64,000 nucleotides of DNA, from positions 320,001-384,000 of the forward strand of contig CAWJRG010000005.1 in NCBI GenBank assembly GCA_963845185.1, given 5' to 3'. This DNA comes from an uncultured bacterium (GTDB lineage: Bacteria > Oederibacteriota > PGYV01 > CAWJRG01). Under the pieces are notes generated by a model that had not been told where the DNA came from, searched no databases, and worked only from the letters and a program-made list of their open reading frames with translations. A program made the position numbers and the translations under genes. Position 1 is the stretch's first letter. Each line of letters opens with the position of its first letter. Below, piece by piece: positions 60,377 to 64,000 of this stretch.

Positions 60377-61426
60377 TCACCACAGGTAATCAAGCGGGTC
60401 TTCCACCTTTCCGTTTTTGAAAATTGAAAAGTGCAGGTGCGGCCCCGTGGACTTCCCGGTGCTTCCGGTTTTTGCTATTAATTTTCCCGCTAAAACCTTT
60501 TGGCCCGGCTTTACAAAAATCTGGCTCAAATGTGCGTAAAGGGTCTGGTACCCGTTGGCGTGCTTTATAGTCACACATTTCCCATATCCACCCTGCCAGC
60601 ACGCGGATATGACGATTCCGTCTGCAGCTGCGCCGACCCAAGTCCCGACTTTTGCCCTTATATCTACTCCATTATGGTATTTGGATACGCCTCTTATCAA
60701 GGGATCCTTTCTCATGCCTTTTAAAGAAGTATACTCTCCGGAAAGCGGCGAACGGAACATCCTTCTTTTTTCAAAAAGTTTTGCCATGTCGCCGTTTAAA
60801 AAAACCGGTTTTGATTCAGGCACAAAAATTATATCCCCTGGCTTTAGCTTATCTCCCTCTATATTATTGTAATATTTGATGCGCTCAGCCGGTATCTTGT
60901 AAATTTCAGCTATCTGGCTGAGTTTTTGTTCGTCCCTGACCTCGTGGATAATGCCTTTTTTTGACAATATAATAATCTGTTGGTTTAATCTGGCTTTTAA
61001 ATCCTTAAGTTCAGGGTTGGCGCCCGCAATAGTGTCTATATTGGTTCCGAAATCTCTTGCCACGCCCCATAAATTTTCTCCAAGCTTTACTTTATAAAGT
61101 GTAAAATTCACATTTTTTATATTTAACTTTTTAAGTAAATATACGTATGCCATTTCTTTGTCGCGCTCGGATACCTCCGTATATGTGCTCTTAAAAAAGT
61201 CATCGGGTTTCCAGCCTTTGTATTTAAGGATATCCGCTATTTTGCCCTGCCTGAATGAGACGTTTGCCATGGATTCATTCGTTGTTAAAACAAGCGTTAA
61301 AACAATTCCAATCAGCACAAGCGCAGCTGCGCTTGAGATTATGACTACATTTTTTAGCCGGTATTTTTCCAGGTATTCCCCGGCAATCAACACTGTTTTT
61401 TGTAATCTTTCCAGAATTGCTTCCAT
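60377..61426 (-). CDS. LysM + M23 peptidase
   Basis: TM anchor, two LysM-like repeats, HNGVD, YAHL, TGKSTGPHLHF; ATG 61426 fits the SD. Confidence 0.9.
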   Translation of the reverse strand: MEAILERLQKTVLIAGEYLEKYRLKNVVIISSAAALVLIGIVLTLVLTTNESMANVSFRQGKIADILKYKGWKPDDFFKSTYTEVSERDKEMAYVYLLKKLNIKNVNFTLYKVKLGENLWGVARDFGTNIDTIAGANPELKDLKARLNQQIIILSKKGIIHEVRDEQKLSQIAEIYKIPAERIKYYNNIEGDKLKPGDIIFVPESKPVFLNGDMAKLFEKRRMFRSPLSGEYTSLKGMRKDPLIRGVSKYHNGVDIRAKVGTWVGAAADGIVISACWQGGYGKCVTIKHANGYQTLYAHLSQIFVKPGQKVLAGKLIAKTGSTGKSTGPHLHFSIFKNGKVEDPLDYLW

Positions 61427-61439
61427 TAACAAGTCTCCC

Positions 61440-61536
61440 TTGATATCGTTTGTTTTGTCAAGCTTACTAGCGCTGACAAAACATTACGAGATCAAGCACC
61501 CGCTCCAGTGCTGATTTTATCAGCACAAGTGGTGCC
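61440..61536. repeat. SD-adjacent element, copy 6 (most diverged, compensatory changes)
   Basis: TTGATATCGT-T-TGTTTTGTCA..TGACAAAACA-TT-ACGAGATCAA + GCACC-CGCTCCA-GTGC..GCAC-AAGT-GGTGC; abuts TCTCCC. Confidence 0.8.
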
Positions 61537-61665
61537 TGATAGCGTTTATTTGCCAAGCCTGCAATAATCCTGTTAAATACAATATAAACCAATAATATCA
61601 AAAAATCAATATTATTTTGTCAGAGTTTCCCCTTTTATTATTGCTCTGCTTTTATAACCGATTTT

Positions 61666-61728
61666 GTAGCCGCAGACTTTAGTCTGCGCGTTTTCTCCCG
61701 AAGGCCGCAAACTAAAGTTTGTGCCTAC
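61666..61728. repeat. GTAG...CTAC REP doublet
   Basis: GTAGCCGCAGACTTTAGTCTGCG...CGCAAACTAAAGTTTGTGCCTAC. Confidence 0.65.
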
Positions 61729-61767
61729 ACAATATGTATCCCTCTTTTAAGGGCCACTTTGGATTCA

Positions 61768-63079
61768 TCATTTCACACATGCCAGTTTGGCTATAACCCT
61801 GCTGTGTTCATTTAATTCCGTTATTGCTTCTATTTCATATATGTAAATTCCCGAAGCTATTGGCCTGCCGCTGTTATTGTGCCCGTCCCAGTAAAATTTA
61901 TTATATCCCTTGGTCCCTTGTATGCCACTTTTGGATAAAACAATTTCGCCGGAAACCGTGAATATCTTGAGAGTAACGGTCGCGTTCCTCGAAAGCCAGT
62001 AAATAATATTCACGTCGTTGTGAAAAATATTCGGGAATCCGCCTGTGAGTTTCAGCGGCACAGGAGTCTGGGTGAAAGTCGGGGTTATTGTGTAGGTCGG
62101 TGTTATTGACGGAGTCGGGCTTATGGTAGATGTAGGTGTGTTAGTGGCACTTATGGTTGGCGTGGCAAGTAGCACTCCCTGATTTAATCCATAATAAGTA
62201 ATCCATGTCAAGCTCTGGCCTGCCGGCAAAGGATATTCTGCTGTTTAATCCTCCGCCTTTACCGTCCGTCCACCATAATTCAACAGCGCTATCAATACCT
62301 ATCCCGCTGCCTGCTGTTATAAGAGACCACGGAGTGGTAGAATTAAGCATATCTGTCATATCAGGCCAGTTACCAACAATAAAAATATCCGGTTCGGTCG
62401 CAGGGTCGTCATAAGGATTGTTATATAAATGCCCTCTTCCTACAAGATTTGGAGTACCGGTTTTAGGGTCTTTGTCATAATCCCACCAGTCCGGAGGCAT
62501 AACCATTGATTTATAAAATATCTTATTGGTTGTTACTGTTGAAAGCGCATCATCCGTAGATATATTAGCGCCATCATTACCGTTCACCATGGTGTCAATC
62601 ATAAACATTAAAGAAACGCTGTGATATGAGGATGTTATATTTGTAGCTATGAGTTCGTATTCGACGGTATCAGCATTAATGCCGGTCGAAGGGTTGTTCA
62701 CAAATTTATAGTGCAATTGAAAGTCAATTGTGCCATTTACTCTTTTCGTACCCCCTATTTCATTGCCATTATTTGTAATGCTATTCACTACAGGCTCACC
62801 TTCAACATCATATGCGTAAGATGGATTTGGTAAACCGTCGATATTTAAATAAATATAACTTGTATAGTCGTTGCCGTATGTGGAACATTCGGTTTCATAC
62901 CAATAAGATAAAGTTGCGTTTGGCAGAGAAGTATAATATTGCGATGTCCCAATGCAGGACAGCAAGTCAAAATCGTCAACATTCAGGCCCAGATAATTGT
63001 TTTGCATGCAAACTATGGCATAAATGCATGAATTGCCTGCAATTAACGCCGCTATCAGAAATAGCATTATTTTTTTCAC
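61768..63079 (-). pseudogene. Secreted protein with T/P linker and FlgD-Ig-like C-terminal domain, split by apparent frameshift near 62236-62250
   Basis: ORF 62141-63079 has a signal peptide; ORF 61768-62229 (YPLPAGQSLTWITYYG, TPT linker, FPN..IFTVSGE..WDG..GIY) lacks one and continues it in a shifted frame. Confidence 0.7.
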
Positions 63080-63242
63080 TAAAAGCCCCTTTTATTTATA
63101 TTTTTCTCTCACCACAAATAAGTATATCATTATTTTTTTTATTTTTCAATTTTTATATAATAAGAATTATATCTGCGGAAATGGCATGAAAAGGAACCCC
63201 ATTTATAGCAGTCAGCGGATTTCTTTTCTGAAAAAATTTCTC

Positions 63243-64000
63243 TTACCTGTTATTATCAGTGATTCCCGGCCAGTCATCCGTGCGGAAAGGCGAGGCTGCC
63301 AGGCCTTCTTTATTATATAAATTACACTCCGGGTTGTCTGCCCAGGCATATCTCACGGCTTTCGGATCTTTTATATCGTCGTTACATACAACCACAGTAT
63401 TGTCTTTCATCTCTGCCTTTGCCCATTTGAACTGCCTGTCATCTCCTGCAATAGCAAAACCTTTCAAATCGCCGTCTTTTGCCGTAAGGCCTGAGCCTGT
63501 GTTTGTAAATGTAATTATGACCTTATTCTTGTCAATTGACATTGACTTGAAAATTGGGCCTGTTACCGGCCCCTGCTTGCCGTAAGCTATGACCATTGCA
63601 GCGTTTGCCAGCCTGCCTGCTATTGGCTTTTTTATGCGGGGGTGAATATCATTTTCGTCTCCGATATTTATTGAAGAAACAACAGCGGTATTGGAGAGCC
63701 CCAACGCTTCAAGCTGCGCCTCGCGCAGCTCTGCCCAAGCGCTCTCGCCAGGCACTGACTTGCGCGCCATATAATTCGGGAGCTGTACAACTATAAACGG
63801 GAAGTCCCCTTCTACCCATGCCCCGCGCCAGCTTTTTATCATTGCAGGAAGCAGGGTTTTATACTGCGCCGCACGGTCAGCGTTTGTCTCGCCCTGGTAC
63901 CATATAACGCCTTTTATTTTGAATTTTGTGAAAGGCGCAACCATGCCGTCATAAAGAGACGACGGCAGCTCGACCGTGGCTGACTTTATATTAAACTGGA
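63243..64000 (-). CDS. Sialate O-acetylesterase (SASA) family, 3' part (runs off window end)
   Basis: LYDGMVAP, GVIWYQGE, VQLPN, LREAQ, DIHP, AVRYAW...PFRTD. Confidence 0.9.
   Translation of the reverse strand, partial: QFNIKSATVELPSSLYDGMVAPFTKFKIKGVIWYQGETNADRAAQYKTLLPAMIKSWRGAWVEGDFPFIVVQLPNYMARKSVPGESAWAELREAQLEALGLSNTAVVSSINIGDENDIHPRIKKPIAGRLANAAMVIAYGKQGPVTGPIFKSMSIDKNKVIITFTNTGSGLTAKDGDLKGFAIAGDDRQFKWAKAEMKDNTVVVCNDDIKDPKAVRYAWADNPECNLYNKEGLAASPFRTDDWPGITDNNR

Overview
Chromosomal window of a low-GC anaerobic-type bacterium. Most genes lie on the minus strand. The T/P-rich secreted proteins with FlgD-Ig/T9SS-like C-terminal tails and the many GT-C membrane glycosyltransferases suggest the FCPU426/Ca. 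Goldbacteria group (inference only). Housekeeping content: degP, a Gld-like ABC operon, dnaK-groES-groEL-dnaJ, tadA, cstA, cinA, nfeD/SPFH, pyrFE, pfp and rsmB. Also present: seven intact tRNAs, one IS110-family element, a 2,100-aa GH8 protein with an ~860-aa Thr-alternating linker, PilZ and MerR-GGDEF genes, GH3, a B12-radical SAM and a LysM-M23 protein. The most unusual signals are non-coding. (1) A six-copy, covarying two-hairpin element sits directly against the Shine-Dalgarno of six different genes and folds best on the antisense strand. (2) Partial tRNA duplicates, interrupted by structured inserts, lie beside tRNA-Ala, -Ser, -Arg and -His. (3) The IS110 3' non-coding region repeats both of its junction sequences, as a bridge/seek RNA would. 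(4) An ECF-type promoter is shared by T-rich surface-protein genes. Two apparent single-base frameshifts and a probable ATT start codon are also seen.
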